Shown in pieces: positions 54,443-64,000 of a stretch of 64,000 nucleotides of DNA (position 1 is its first letter; each line of letters starts with the position of its first letter). A program made the position numbers and the translations under genes. Under the pieces are notes generated by a model, which was not told the origin of the DNA, did not search any database, and was given only the letters and a program-made list of their open reading frames with translations. Source of the stretch: an uncultured Nitrospiraceae bacterium. Lineage in GTDB: Bacteria > Nitrospirota > Thermodesulfovibrionia > UBA6902. Location of the stretch: contig CAYMUX010000003.1 in assembly GCA_964393845.1 (NCBI GenBank), positions 48-64,047 of the forward strand, given 5' to 3'.

Positions 54443-55918
54443 ATGAAAATTGCTTTTATTATTCCCAAGAACAGTTCTGATACTGGAAAAAGCTTTTACG
54501 ATTATAAATTCTTCTCTGAGTTTTTACTCTCAAAAAAATATTTTTCCTACCTCCTGGCGATTCCCACGTTAGTCTCTCTTACTCCGCCGGAACATGAGAT
54601 AAGGGTATTTGATGAGAACATTGAAGATATCGACTATAACTGGGGTGCGGATATAGCCGGCATCAGCGTAAGGACCATGTTTGCGAAAAGGGCCTACAAG
54701 ATATCGGAATCGTTCCGGCAAAGAGGCGTAAAAACCGTTTTGGGAGGCATACATCCTTCAATGTGCAGTGAAGAGGCCCTTCAGCACTGTGATTCCATAG
54801 TAGTCGGAGAAGCTGAGGAAGTATGGCAAAATCTCTTACTTGATGCAGGTAATGGCGGTCTTAAAAAGATTTATAAAGCGGAGAAGAAGGCTGATTTAAC
54901 GGCTTTCCCCATTGCAGGAAGGGCATCTCTATCGAAAGACAGATACTTTTCAGATATTGTTCAAACAACAAAAGGCTGTCCATTTCATTGTGAATTTTGT
55001 TCCGTTCATGCATTTGACGGACAGAAGATCAGGAACAGGACAATTGAACATGTATTGAATGAAATAAGAGACGTTGTGGGCACAAGCGCCACATACAAGA
55101 AGAGGTCCATATTCTTTGCTGACGACAATATAATAGCAAACAGGAAATTTGCCAGAGAGTTATTCCTGGCATTAAAGGATTATAACCTCAACTGGTCATG
55201 TCAGGCGTCAATTAATATATCAAAGGATGATGAACTTCTCAGGTTAATGAAAGACAGCGGGTGCGGAGCTATTTTAATAGGGCTTGAGTCAATATCCAGG
55301 GAAAATCTGTCCAGCATGGACAAGGGGATCAATCTTAAACATGACTATCATGATGCAATTAAAAAAATCCAGTCGCACGGTATAATGGTGCACGGATCAT
55401 TTATTCTGGGATATGATTTTGACACGCAGTCTTCATTTGATGAACTGACAGCGTTTATCAAAGATACTCACCTGCTTATGCCTCTAATCAACATCCTGAC
55501 ACCGTTCCCGGGTACGAAGCTTTTTAAACGTCTCGAAGAAGAGGGCCGGATACTCCATAAAGACTGGGACAAATACGACGCAAAAACTGTTGTTTTTTTC
55601 CCTCATCTTATGACCCCTGAAGAACTGCTGGAAGGGCACAAGCGGGTGATCAGGGAAATTTATTCGTTTGATTCCATTTATAAGAAACTTACATATTATT
55701 GGGACACCGACTTCTGGAAGCATTCAAACGAGGTTGATCCCATTAAATTAAAATACCGGCTGCTGTTTGCTTTCAGGCTTTGTACTCTGCTTTTTTCAAG
55801 CAACTTCAAAAGATCAAAGTTTATTCTCAGGATACTGCCGAAAATATTCGGCAAACGCATAAGAATTTCGACTATACTTTCACTAATGGCTTACAACGAT
55901 TATGCCTATTCATCTTGA
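54443..55918 (+). CDS. B12-binding domain radical SAM protein (second copy in the window).
   Basis: N-terminal B12-binding-like region; cluster motif CPFHCEFCS. Confidence 0.75.
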   Translation: MKIAFIIPKNSSDTGKSFYDYKFFSEFLLSKKYFSYLLAIPTLVSLTPPEHEIRVFDENIEDIDYNWGADIAGISVRTMFAKRAYKISESFRQRGVKTVLGGIHPSMCSEEALQHCDSIVVGEAEEVWQNLLLDAGNGGLKKIYKAEKKADLTAFPIAGRASLSKDRYFSDIVQTTKGCPFHCEFCSVHAFDGQKIRNRTIEHVLNEIRDVVGTSATYKKRSIFFADDNIIANRKFARELFLALKDYNLNWSCQASINISKDDELLRLMKDSGCGAILIGLESISRENLSSMDKGINLKHDYHDAIKKIQSHGIMVHGSFILGYDFDTQSSFDELTAFIKDTHLLMPLINILTPFPGTKLFKRLEEEGRILHKDWDKYDAKTVVFFPHLMTPEELLEGHKRVIREIYSFDSIYKKLTYYWDTDFWKHSNEVDPIKLKYRLLFAFRLCTLLFSSNFKRSKFILRILPKIFGKRIRISTILSLMAYNDYAYSS

Positions 55919-55979
55919 TATCGGGATAGATCAGATTTCTTAATGACAATAGTTGTTTCGAGAATTATTAAAGATAACG

Positions 55980-56423
55980 CTAAATGAGCTCTGAAATTTT
56001 TTGAATTGCTTCCTCCGGAGAATTTACATTTATCACCCCATCGATATTTTTCCACGTATTAATTCCTATCACCGGTTTGCCGAGTTTCAGTGCAATGGCA
56101 ATTTCAGAAAGGGTCCCATATTCGCCTGCTACAGCGATTACTGCGTCGGCTGAACGGACGATAATGATATTCCTCGCATGGCTCATGCCGGTAATTACCG
56201 GTATCGTCACATACGGATTTGCCTCCTCTTTGCTGAAGCCGGGAAGTATTCCGACAGTTGTCCCTCCTGCTTCTTTTGCGCCTTTGGAAGCAGCTTCCAT
56301 AACGCCGCCGAGACCGCCCGTGATAATGACAGCCCCTTTTTGAGCAATAAGCCTGCCGACATCCTCGGCTATGCTGTATATATTATTATCACAGTAACCT
56401 GCGCCGATGACGGAGATTATCAT
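55980..56423 (-). CDS. TIGR00725/LOG-like Rossmann-fold protein.
   Basis: ISVIGAG ... ITGGLGGVMEAASKGA ... PVIGI pattern. Confidence 0.6.
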   Translation of the reverse strand: MIISVIGAGYCDNNIYSIAEDVGRLIAQKGAVIITGGLGGVMEAASKGAKEAGGTTVGILPGFSKEEANPYVTIPVITGMSHARNIIIVRSADAVIAVAGEYGTLSEIAIALKLGKPVIGINTWKNIDGVINVNSPEEAIQKISELI

Positions 56424-56455
56424 GGTGATTATGTTAACTTATTGTTTGATTGGAA

Positions 56456-57625
56456 TTAAAGAACATCAGCAAAGCTTATGCCATTCTTTAATGGTTCAAC
56501 CTGAAAAATTTCTGCTATGGTTTGTCCTAAATCTGCAAAAGTCTTACGCACTCCAACATTTGTTCCCCCCTTGGTTCCATAAATCAGCAGCGGAACATAT
56601 TCTCGCGAGTGATCTGTACTTGTGGTTGTCGGATCACACCCATGATCTGCGGTGATAATCAACAAGTCTCGATCGTTCATTGCGTTAAAAATGTCCGGCA
56701 ATCTTTGATCGAATGTCTTTAATGCGTTAGCATATCCAAGGACATCATTCCTATGACCATAGAGCATATCGAAATCAATTAAATTGGTAAAAATGAATCC
56801 ATGTTCTGTACGGGAAATAGTTTCTATTGTTTTATTTACACCATCCTCGTTATTTAAGGTATGTATAATCTTTTCTAGTCCTTGGTTTGCAAAGATGTCC
56901 CCGATTTTACCTATACCAATTGTTGGGATACCTGCATTCTGAAGTGCATTGAGGAGAGTTGGTTCGGGAGGCGGAAGAGAAAAGTCTTTTCTTCTGGAAG
57001 TTCTTTGAAATTTTCTGGGTTTGCCCATAAAAGGTCGAGCGATGACGCGAGATACCCCATTAACACCAGTCAAAAGCTCCCTAGCAATCATACATATTTT
57101 GTAAAGTTTTTCTATTGAAATGATATTTTCGTGCGCTGCAATTTGGAAGACACTATCAGCAGAAGTATAAATAATTGGATATCCTGTTTTGATATGAGTT
57201 TCTCCGAGTTCTTTGATAATTTCTGTGCCTGACGCGGGATAATTGCCTAATATGTCAGTCCCTATTTTTTCTATGAAAGGTTTGATTATTTCATCTGGAA
57301 AGCCGTTAGGATATGTTGGGAATGGATTCTTTAAAATTAATCCCATCATCTCCCAGTGACCTGTCGTGGTGTCCTTTCCAACCGAGGCTTCTGACATTAT
57401 GCCAAAAGACCCATTAGGTTCAGAACCCCTTTGGATACCCTGGAAAGAACCAAGATACCCCAAGCCCAAGGATTCCATATTGGGTAAATAAAGTCCCCCT
57501 ATTGCCTCTGAAATATGCTTCAAAGTGTTGGATCCGGTATCATTATATTTAGCCGCATCATGAAGTTCGCCGATACCAAGGCTATCTAAAACAATTAAAA
57601 TTACTCGGCTAATGCTTCTTAACAT
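56456..57625 (-). CDS. deoB: Phosphopentomutase.
   Basis: N-terminal VLDSLGIGE metal-binding motif; ADHGCDPT. Confidence 0.8.
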   Translation of the reverse strand: MLRSISRVILIVLDSLGIGELHDAAKYNDTGSNTLKHISEAIGGLYLPNMESLGLGYLGSFQGIQRGSEPNGSFGIMSEASVGKDTTTGHWEMMGLILKNPFPTYPNGFPDEIIKPFIEKIGTDILGNYPASGTEIIKELGETHIKTGYPIIYTSADSVFQIAAHENIISIEKLYKICMIARELLTGVNGVSRVIARPFMGKPRKFQRTSRRKDFSLPPPEPTLLNALQNAGIPTIGIGKIGDIFANQGLEKIIHTLNNEDGVNKTIETISRTEHGFIFTNLIDFDMLYGHRNDVLGYANALKTFDQRLPDIFNAMNDRDLLIITADHGCDPTTTSTDHSREYVPLLIYGTKGGTNVGVRKTFADLGQTIAEIFQVEPLKNGISFADVL

Positions 57626-57705
57626 TACTGTTCAAAACCCTATTCTTTTTCCAATAAATTTGATATATTATACTCCACTAGATAAATAAGTCGGAGGTTT
57701 ATTGA

Positions 57706-58005
57706 ATGTCTTTTTTGGGAAATTTGAACGGACCTAAGGAATCTGAAATAATTGAAAAATTAGGTCCAGATTTTTTTGGAATTACATGGGAACAACTTGA
57801 AAATGAAATTTCACATAATAAATATGCTGAAAGTAGAAATGAAGTAGTGCCTGTAAGGATAGATGATACAGGCGAACCATATATACTGTTTAGTTCACCA
57901 GATAAAAAGGTGCAGCGTTTTTATTTAAGAAAAGAGGGATATAAATTACGTAGTACTGTGCTCTGCATAAATGAAAAAGGCGAAAAAATATACATAGATT
58001 TTTGA
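57706..58005 (+). CDS. Hypothetical protein.
   Basis: 99-aa ORF; no motif recognised. Confidence 0.3.
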   Translation: MSFLGNLNGPKESEIIEKLGPDFFGITWEQLENEISHNKYAESRNEVVPVRIDDTGEPYILFSSPDKKVQRFYLRKEGYKLRSTVLCINEKGEKIYIDF

Positions 58006-58222
58006 TAGAAGTAATGAAAATAGCTCATGCTCTCGACATCGACAACACATTAACTCCCCCCATCAACCTATTGAAATGGAAATGACCGATATTTTGGTGC
58101 GCTTATGCGTTCTTTTTTTGTGGTTGCGGGTTCTCTAAATGATTGGAATTCCCTTCCTTTACAAAATAGTCATGTCTCACTTAATATAATTAAAAAATTG
58201 GCTCTATTCTTAGGAGAACGAA

Positions 58223-59365
58223 TTGCAGAACATAACTGAAAATCAGGAAGCAAGGATCACTTTATTGTGTCCTTCAAAAGCTATTAGGGTTGTGCTGATA
58301 GGCTTAGGAAGCGTTGCTACAGAAACGCATAATGGTGGGCACTTGAAGCAATATTTAAACGAGCCGGATATTGATGTTATTGCAGGTATCGATCCATCTC
58401 AAGATGCGCGGAATAAAGCACTTCAAAAAGGAATACCCTCTGTATATTCGACTTTTGAAGAAGTGATTGAAAAAGAAGATTTTGAGTTCGTTAGTATATT
58501 GACCCCCACCGACAAGCATCTGGAATGTTGTCGCATGGCGGTAGCAGCGAATAAAAAAATATTATGCGAGAAACCATTAGCTTCTACTTTAGAAGAAGCT
58601 AAAAAAATTGAGCAAATTATTAAAAATGCCGGTATTTTTTTTGCTGTAAGCATGAACCTTCGCGGTCTTCCTATTGTGCAACAAATATCCAAGGATATTA
58701 GTAATGGCGAATTTGGAAAACTTTTTTTTCTGGACTTCGATGAGTGCACTTCTTTTGAATGGTCAACCTATTGCAGCAGAAGACCGGAAGACTATTCTAT
58801 TGCTTCAAAGTCTTTTTGGGGTAATCCAGAAGATTATGGACTTCAAAGATTAATTATTCTTGACAAAGCAGTCCATTTCATTGATCTCATGAGACTTTGG
58901 ACTGGAGCGAATCTTTCATCGGTATACGCGCAGGGAGGGTGCCTAGGACGTAATAAAGATGCAGGTGATAATTTTTCATCCATTAATGTAACTCTAAGTA
59001 ATGGGATTCGGTGCCGGCTACTGAATATATGGGGCTCACACTTTAATGATCGCGCGGGTGGTGAACTTAGTACCCGCATTCGGATCTTTGGCGATAGAGG
59101 AACCGGTGTTTATGAATCGTATAAAAAAGGAATGTCAGGAAGATATTCCATTTACAGAAATGACATAGAGATAAAGACAATGGAATTTTTACCATTAGAC
59201 AGAATGGATTTTGCTTATTCTCTTAAATGCTTAGCTCAAGTTGCATGGAAGGACGAAAACAGTTATCAAAATTTAGAGTCAGGAGTTGAACTTATGCGTG
59301 TAGTTGAGGCTTGTTATCACTCATTGACAACGAATTCGGTAGTAGATATATCTACTTTTTGCTGA
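58223..59365 (+). CDS. Gfo/Idh/MocA-family NAD(P)-dependent sugar oxidoreductase.
   Basis: N-terminal Rossmann VVLIGLGSVA; EKP motif LCEKPLA. Confidence 0.7.
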   Translation: MQNITENQEARITLLCPSKAIRVVLIGLGSVATETHNGGHLKQYLNEPDIDVIAGIDPSQDARNKALQKGIPSVYSTFEEVIEKEDFEFVSILTPTDKHLECCRMAVAANKKILCEKPLASTLEEAKKIEQIIKNAGIFFAVSMNLRGLPIVQQISKDISNGEFGKLFFLDFDECTSFEWSTYCSRRPEDYSIASKSFWGNPEDYGLQRLIILDKAVHFIDLMRLWTGANLSSVYAQGGCLGRNKDAGDNFSSINVTLSNGIRCRLLNIWGSHFNDRAGGELSTRIRIFGDRGTGVYESYKKGMSGRYSIYRNDIEIKTMEFLPLDRMDFAYSLKCLAQVAWKDENSYQNLESGVELMRVVEACYHSLTTNSVVDISTFC

Positions 59366-59510
59366 GCAGAATAGAATAATGCCTTATGTATTATTTAATG
59401 GCATTGTGAAGCGGCAATGGTACCTGCTTAGCAATACATTCAAATAGTCGAATTCCGCAGGTAAAACTATGGTTGTCTATTTAGTGTCTGTTTATAAACT
59501 CCCTTTGTCT

Positions 59511-59594
59511 GTCATTCCCGAGGTTTTAATCGGGAATCTATCCTTGTGTTTATTTTCTTTCCCGCTTAACAGACTTCGGGAATGACAAATTTAC
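59511..59594. repeat. Structured intergenic repeat element, copy 2 (related to 30121..30261).
   Basis: Hairpin attcccg-aggttttaat-cgggaat; inverted gtcattcccgag / cttcgggaatgac; shared 18-mer tcgggaatgacaaattta. Confidence 0.55.
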
Positions 59595-59625
59595 TTGGGT
59601 GCCTTGCGGCATTTATAAACAGCCA

Positions 59626-60816
59626 CTATTTAAACTCTCGATTGCGGTAACACTCGTCAATCGTCTTTCGGATCATCTTTCCGAACCATACTATTCGCTC
59701 TTTGCAAGCAAGCAACACGCTATGATGAAATCGGACTCCTTCTTCTTCAGAAGCCTTCTCAGCCCATGGAGCCTTAAAATCAGCTTTGTTATTGGCACGT
59801 GCTTTTCCTATAGGATGCCCTGAGCAGAAGCGATTAAAACCACGACTTAACGAAACATAAGGCTTGCTCCACTTTACCTGTGTATTTATAATTGCCCTTT
59901 GCACAAAGGCAGCGCTCTTAATTGATCTTAGCTTCCAGCAGAATGAGTAGTATGTTTGAAGACTAACACCGTCTGGACTCATAATGGGGCATAGTTCCTC
60001 AACATTAGATAATTCAGACTTAAGTATTTCAGCATTCTCCGCTTCTTTCTGGATTATTGCGTTCAAATATGGCAATCGTGAAGATAAAAGTGCAGCTTGA
60101 AATGAAGCCATCCTATTATTGCCACTTGTTATTACTTGTCTATCGGTTGTGTAATTGAGTGGACGCGTACCATGATCCCGCAACTCATGAACCCGCGCAT
60201 AAAGCTCTTCATCACCAGTTACAATACAACCGCCTTCGCCGCAGGGCAAGAGCTTCTTCTCATGAAAACTAAATACCCCGGCCTGTCCAATACACCCTAG
60301 GGCCTGACTTCCCCATCGAGCTCCATGGCAATGAGCGGCATCTTCTAAAATATAAATGCCTCGTTTTCTACAAATCTCACCGAGTTGCGTCATATCAGCT
60401 GCCGAACAATAAAGGTGAACTGGTACTACGGCCTTTGTTCTGCCTGTTATCTTTGTCTCAAAGGAGTCAATATCCAGACAGTATGTGCTAGGATCAATGT
60501 CGGCGAGGATAGGGGTAGCTCCACAATCGAGTACTGAAACGGCGGTTGATGGCCATGTCAGAGATGGCACGACAACCTCGTCTCCCGGTCCTACGCCAAG
60601 CGCTTCCAGAGCAATGCAGAGGGCATGCGTAGCGTTGCTAACTGCTAAAACAAAACGAACACCAAGAAATGAAGCAAACTCCTGCTCAAATTTTGATATG
60701 GCTAACCCCCGAGACCAAGCATCATTTCGAACGCAATTGGCTACCGCCTCAGCATCCACGTGTCGATTATCCGGCCACAAAGGCGGCCACTGATCTTTCA
60801 TCTCTGAGAAAGACAT
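59626..60816 (-). CDS. DegT/DnrJ/EryC1/StrS-family PLP-dependent sugar aminotransferase.
   Basis: Fold-type I aminotransferase pattern with the conserved Lys in SFHEKKLLPCGEGG. Confidence 0.75.
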   Translation of the reverse strand: MSFSEMKDQWPPLWPDNRHVDAEAVANCVRNDAWSRGLAISKFEQEFASFLGVRFVLAVSNATHALCIALEALGVGPGDEVVVPSLTWPSTAVSVLDCGATPILADIDPSTYCLDIDSFETKITGRTKAVVPVHLYCSAADMTQLGEICRKRGIYILEDAAHCHGARWGSQALGCIGQAGVFSFHEKKLLPCGEGGCIVTGDEELYARVHELRDHGTRPLNYTTDRQVITSGNNRMASFQAALLSSRLPYLNAIIQKEAENAEILKSELSNVEELCPIMSPDGVSLQTYYSFCWKLRSIKSAAFVQRAIINTQVKWSKPYVSLSRGFNRFCSGHPIGKARANNKADFKAPWAEKASEEEGVRFHHSVLLACKERIVWFGKMIRKTIDECYRNREFK

Positions 60817-60878
60817 AATAATGCTTAGACTCTCCGTGAGAATATTTTATGAACGAATCTTTTAGGCAACTTTTAGTC

Positions 60879-62342
60879 TCAGGCACCATCAGCAAAACGG
60901 AAAGCCGCCAATTTTGCCGCCGCAATAGCAACCTCATATGATGTTGGACAACCTGTCTTATCCGATAAGAGGCAAACCTTCAAAGTACCCCATCCGCATT
61001 CGTCCCATTGCCTTTGAAAGCTCTCCACCAGTGCCAGTCCCAACGGAGATCTCACATTTCCGCCCGAAAAAACTAATTGATCAAAATAGTAATGAGTCCG
61101 AAGGTCTACTACAGCGGGAATGAGCCAATAGGCTAACACGTCAACGCACCTTTTGGCATATTCTACGACTGCAACTTCAGAACTTATAAGAAGAGAGCTT
61201 AGATAAGCTCCGTCTCTGCTAATATGAGAATTATCATGAGGAATTGAAGAATTAAAGAATCCAAAAGCCCGTTCAATGCCATACGAAGCTGAGTATTGCT
61301 GCAACACTCCAAGAGATCCTGTAGACGTATGGCGGGGAGCATCGTCGTTGAGATCGATAATTATCCGGCTTGCGAGGTTAACACCATTTTGGTAACTGCC
61401 GTCAGGAAGAAAGTACGCGCCACCTGTACTAGTGCCAAGTATCAACAGATAGGTCTGCGGCAAGCCGCGCCAAATGCCGAGGTACTTGGCTAATGATTCG
61501 GAATCGCCATAAAAACTTAGAGGACAACCAAACTTTGCTTGCATCCTGTCTTTAATACCACGGATTTCTTGCGCCCACATGCTAGCCGACCAAGGCACAA
61601 GATCAGCCGCCTGTGTCAGCGGTATCTCTTTGAGCACGTCGCCGAACCATGCAATGCCTACAGCGGTAAACTTGGCCTTAGTAGGTATGTAATGGGCAGT
61701 TAATCGTTTGACTATTTCGGCAATTCTGTCAAAACATTTGTACGGGCCAAGCAAGATATCCTCTTTAATTTGACTGGGTATCTCATCCATATACGTCGTG
61801 TTATTATCGCAAAGAACAACTATCTTTGTGCGGCTATTGCCGATATCAATACCAAGAAATAGACCACCAGGTGAACTTTGCTGCACCGAACTTGAGATCC
61901 TACTTTCTTGCTTCGGGCCTCGGTCAGGACGACTTGTTTCATCAGACGCGATTATATAAGGTTGTCCGTTCGGATACCATTTTGTCATGATGTCAAGAGC
62001 CTGATGATAGCGTTTGCTCAATTCGGCTGTGATTTCATTATAATCACGCACGCCCGCTTTGATATGCAAGCGGCTCCCCCCATGCGTCATAACTAAATTA
62101 TTTGCAACGGCAGCGATAAAGCGCATAAACCTTGAACGGGCTAACGCAGAAAGCCTGATAGGTATACCGCATTGCCAGCTAACCCCACCCTGTTCATTAT
62201 GCAGATATAATCCAACGTCTCCAGAAAAACCCTTGCGATAACGTCTACTGTTATGGTCAATGAAAGCCACTTGGTGCCAGTAAGCAATATCGCCTTCGGG
62301 ATCACTTCGCCAATCAATTAACAAATTGGCACGTCCTTCCAT
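60879..62342 (-). CDS. Two-domain protein: N-terminal domain of unknown function fused to a BadF/BadG/BcrA/BcrD- or ROK-like ASKHA ATPase domain.
   Basis: Phosphate-1 motif LGIDIGNSRTKIVVL; LILGTSTGG. Confidence 0.5.
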   Translation of the reverse strand: MEGRANLLIDWRSDPEGDIAYWHQVAFIDHNSRRYRKGFSGDVGLYLHNEQGGVSWQCGIPIRLSALARSRFMRFIAAVANNLVMTHGGSRLHIKAGVRDYNEITAELSKRYHQALDIMTKWYPNGQPYIIASDETSRPDRGPKQESRISSSVQQSSPGGLFLGIDIGNSRTKIVVLCDNNTTYMDEIPSQIKEDILLGPYKCFDRIAEIVKRLTAHYIPTKAKFTAVGIAWFGDVLKEIPLTQAADLVPWSASMWAQEIRGIKDRMQAKFGCPLSFYGDSESLAKYLGIWRGLPQTYLLILGTSTGGAYFLPDGSYQNGVNLASRIIIDLNDDAPRHTSTGSLGVLQQYSASYGIERAFGFFNSSIPHDNSHISRDGAYLSSLLISSEVAVVEYAKRCVDVLAYWLIPAVVDLRTHYYFDQLVFSGGNVRSPLGLALVESFQRQWDECGWGTLKVCLLSDKTGCPTSYEVAIAAAKLAAFRFADGA

Positions 62343-62422
62343 TTGTCTTCAACTCTTACAACTAGCTTTTCGATTCCTCCATATCGGTATTGTCGCCAGG
62401 TAACATCGACGCGTAGGATACA

Positions 62423-63814
62423 TTAAAAATCACCCTCAGGCACAAGCTGCAGAAGTTCGTCTGTTTGTTGAGCATTGCTTAGAAAGTCACCCAAAAACAA
62501 TTGCCCGTATGCATGACAGCCGGCAAGAACAACAATAGAATCTCTGACATTCCGGACAGCAGTGATTAAAGCATAGTCGGTCTCAAGCAGCTTTGTCCCG
62601 TCATTCCGTGGTTTGCTGTAAGAAGAGGAATATCTAATATCCTCAGTTGTTGAAATGATATCGTGGTTGCGATTTCCTTTGTCAAACTGGAAGTGAAGGT
62701 TTTGCAAATAAAATTCCGTGTGTGCATTAGTAACAGTGGAACCGAGTAGAATTCTATTCAGCGGCTCATATGTATCAGAGACCTTGTCCTTATCGAAGTG
62801 ATAAGTAACACTACCACGCCCACAAAAAGATTCTAACGCTGAACTAATCCGTAAAGCACAATATATATCATCAAAGGCTGATTCGTGTTGATTATACGGA
62901 TAGTTGAGAACTTTACTCATTTTATGACGTGGGTTCGGAAAGCTCGGCATGACTATTCTTGTTTTTCCCTCTGGGAAAAGTCGCAACAGGTCGCCCAGCG
63001 GGACGGTAAGTTGACGTCGTGGAGTCAGCGGCGGCAACGACGCCTCAGTCAGCAGGCAGTGAACAAAGGAGGCAGCAGTTGCACAAGCATAGTGCCGGTA
63101 ATTATCATTCTTATCCTCGCCTGCAGAGTCTGATACAGCTTTTACCATGAGAAAGTCCGTATCAGGCGTTCGACATGAATATGCAACACCAGCAGCTTCC
63201 ATTTCAATGGAAATTGCTTCAGGATATTGGCGACTTAACTCTTCTGCCAAGGAGTCGCTCGCAATCACTTTTTCACCGGAACAAACGCTCCCCTCTTTTA
63301 GCTGAGGTCGTTCTCTTGCATTGGAATCACCTGGCCGCCCGATAAAAATTCTGTCAGCCGCTGTCCAGGTACCATCTCTGATGCTCAAAGCCGCAGGCAG
63401 AAGCTTTCTTGAATGCTCGCTCTTAGATTCATATATGTGAGCACGCGACTCGTACTTGAGACCGCGTATTTTTGCAGGTTCATAATAAATGACGCGATCA
63501 CTAACAACTACGTCTCCCAGTCGAAAGTCTTCGACAGATTGTAGCAGCCCGCCGCAGATACCAGTCAGGATAATGTGTCGAGGGGCAACTTCGCGTATGA
63601 GTTCAGAACAAATGTTAAGAGAGGCGAGATTACCCATTTCACCAATATTAACGATAACAAGCCGATAGGATTTATTGGACTTGTTATTACTAAACCTAAC
63701 AAACCTGCAAGTATGTCCAGCAAACTGTCCTGGCACACCGTTACCGAAACTGCGTGACACCGCTTCGAATTCTACATCAAGAGCGCAAACTATCGCAAAA
63801 TCTACAAGCTGCAT
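62423..63814 (-). CDS. Protein with an N-terminal purine/MTA nucleosidase-phosphorylase (PNP_UDP_1) fold domain and a C-terminal domain of about 220 aa of unknown function.
   Basis: FAIVCALDVEF, ILTGICGGL, ISIEMEAAGVA are typical of MTA/SAH nucleosidase-like folds. Confidence 0.55.
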   Translation of the reverse strand: MQLVDFAIVCALDVEFEAVSRSFGNGVPGQFAGHTCRFVRFSNNKSNKSYRLVIVNIGEMGNLASLNICSELIREVAPRHIILTGICGGLLQSVEDFRLGDVVVSDRVIYYEPAKIRGLKYESRAHIYESKSEHSRKLLPAALSIRDGTWTAADRIFIGRPGDSNARERPQLKEGSVCSGEKVIASDSLAEELSRQYPEAISIEMEAAGVAYSCRTPDTDFLMVKAVSDSAGEDKNDNYRHYACATAASFVHCLLTEASLPPLTPRRQLTVPLGDLLRLFPEGKTRIVMPSFPNPRHKMSKVLNYPYNQHESAFDDIYCALRISSALESFCGRGSVTYHFDKDKVSDTYEPLNRILLGSTVTNAHTEFYLQNLHFQFDKGNRNHDIISTTEDIRYSSSYSKPRNDGTKLLETDYALITAVRNVRDSIVVLAGCHAYGQLFLGDFLSNAQQTDELLQLVPEGDF

Positions 63815-64000
63815 AGACTCCCCTCCTTATGAAATATTTTTAAGCTCTTTCACTAGTGTCCTAACGTTGCATTTTAGGATATGATAACACATTAAGAATG
63901 AAGACGTTACATGACTTATTAACATTTATCTATTTGAAATCGGAATGGCATAGCGGCCATACTTCCGAACTACATCGGGGGAGAAGACTGAATTTCCGGT

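Overview
This is a 64-kb bacterial chromosomal window, apparently from an anaerobic, sigma-54-using, PEP-CTERM/exosortase-type organism. Genes are densely packed on both strands, and the window contains one tRNA-Leu(UAA), no rRNA and no CRISPR array. The left 16 kb is the most striking part. It carries two adjacent giant secreted multiheme c-type cytochrome genes: one 5'-truncated by the window edge with at least 24 CxxCH/CX4CH motifs, and one of 1742 aa with 13 motifs. Both are built from long near-identical tandem modules. Immediately downstream is a system II cytochrome c biogenesis operon (resB/ccsB-ccsA plus a lipoprotein). About 3 kb further on there is a second, paralogous resB-ccsA operon on the opposite strand whose resB carries a frameshift, followed by a paralog of the same lipoprotein. 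A B12-binding radical SAM gene lies between the two operons. The rest of the window is mostly housekeeping and signalling genes: hpt, rluA, ligA, htpG, cspA, mgsA, deoB, thiD, queF, a Hanks kinase/PP2C pair, a PEP-CTERM PrsK/PrsR two-component system with a sigma-54 promoter on a PEP-CTERM gene, and a PhnD-like/PAS hybrid kinase/HD-GYP module. A small accessory islet at 20.6-25.2 kb holds a RelE/antitoxin pair, a Dcm remnant, an N-terminally truncated Rho-like ATPase, a MazG-like protein and an SNase-like nuclease. A roughly 100-bp MITE-like element with terminal inverted repeats and a TA target-site duplication interrupts a HesB/IscA-like gene. Two copies of a structured intergenic repeat are present. 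A sugar/nucleoside-modification cluster closes the window. All calls rest on motif-level reading of the six-frame translations; no database searches were run.
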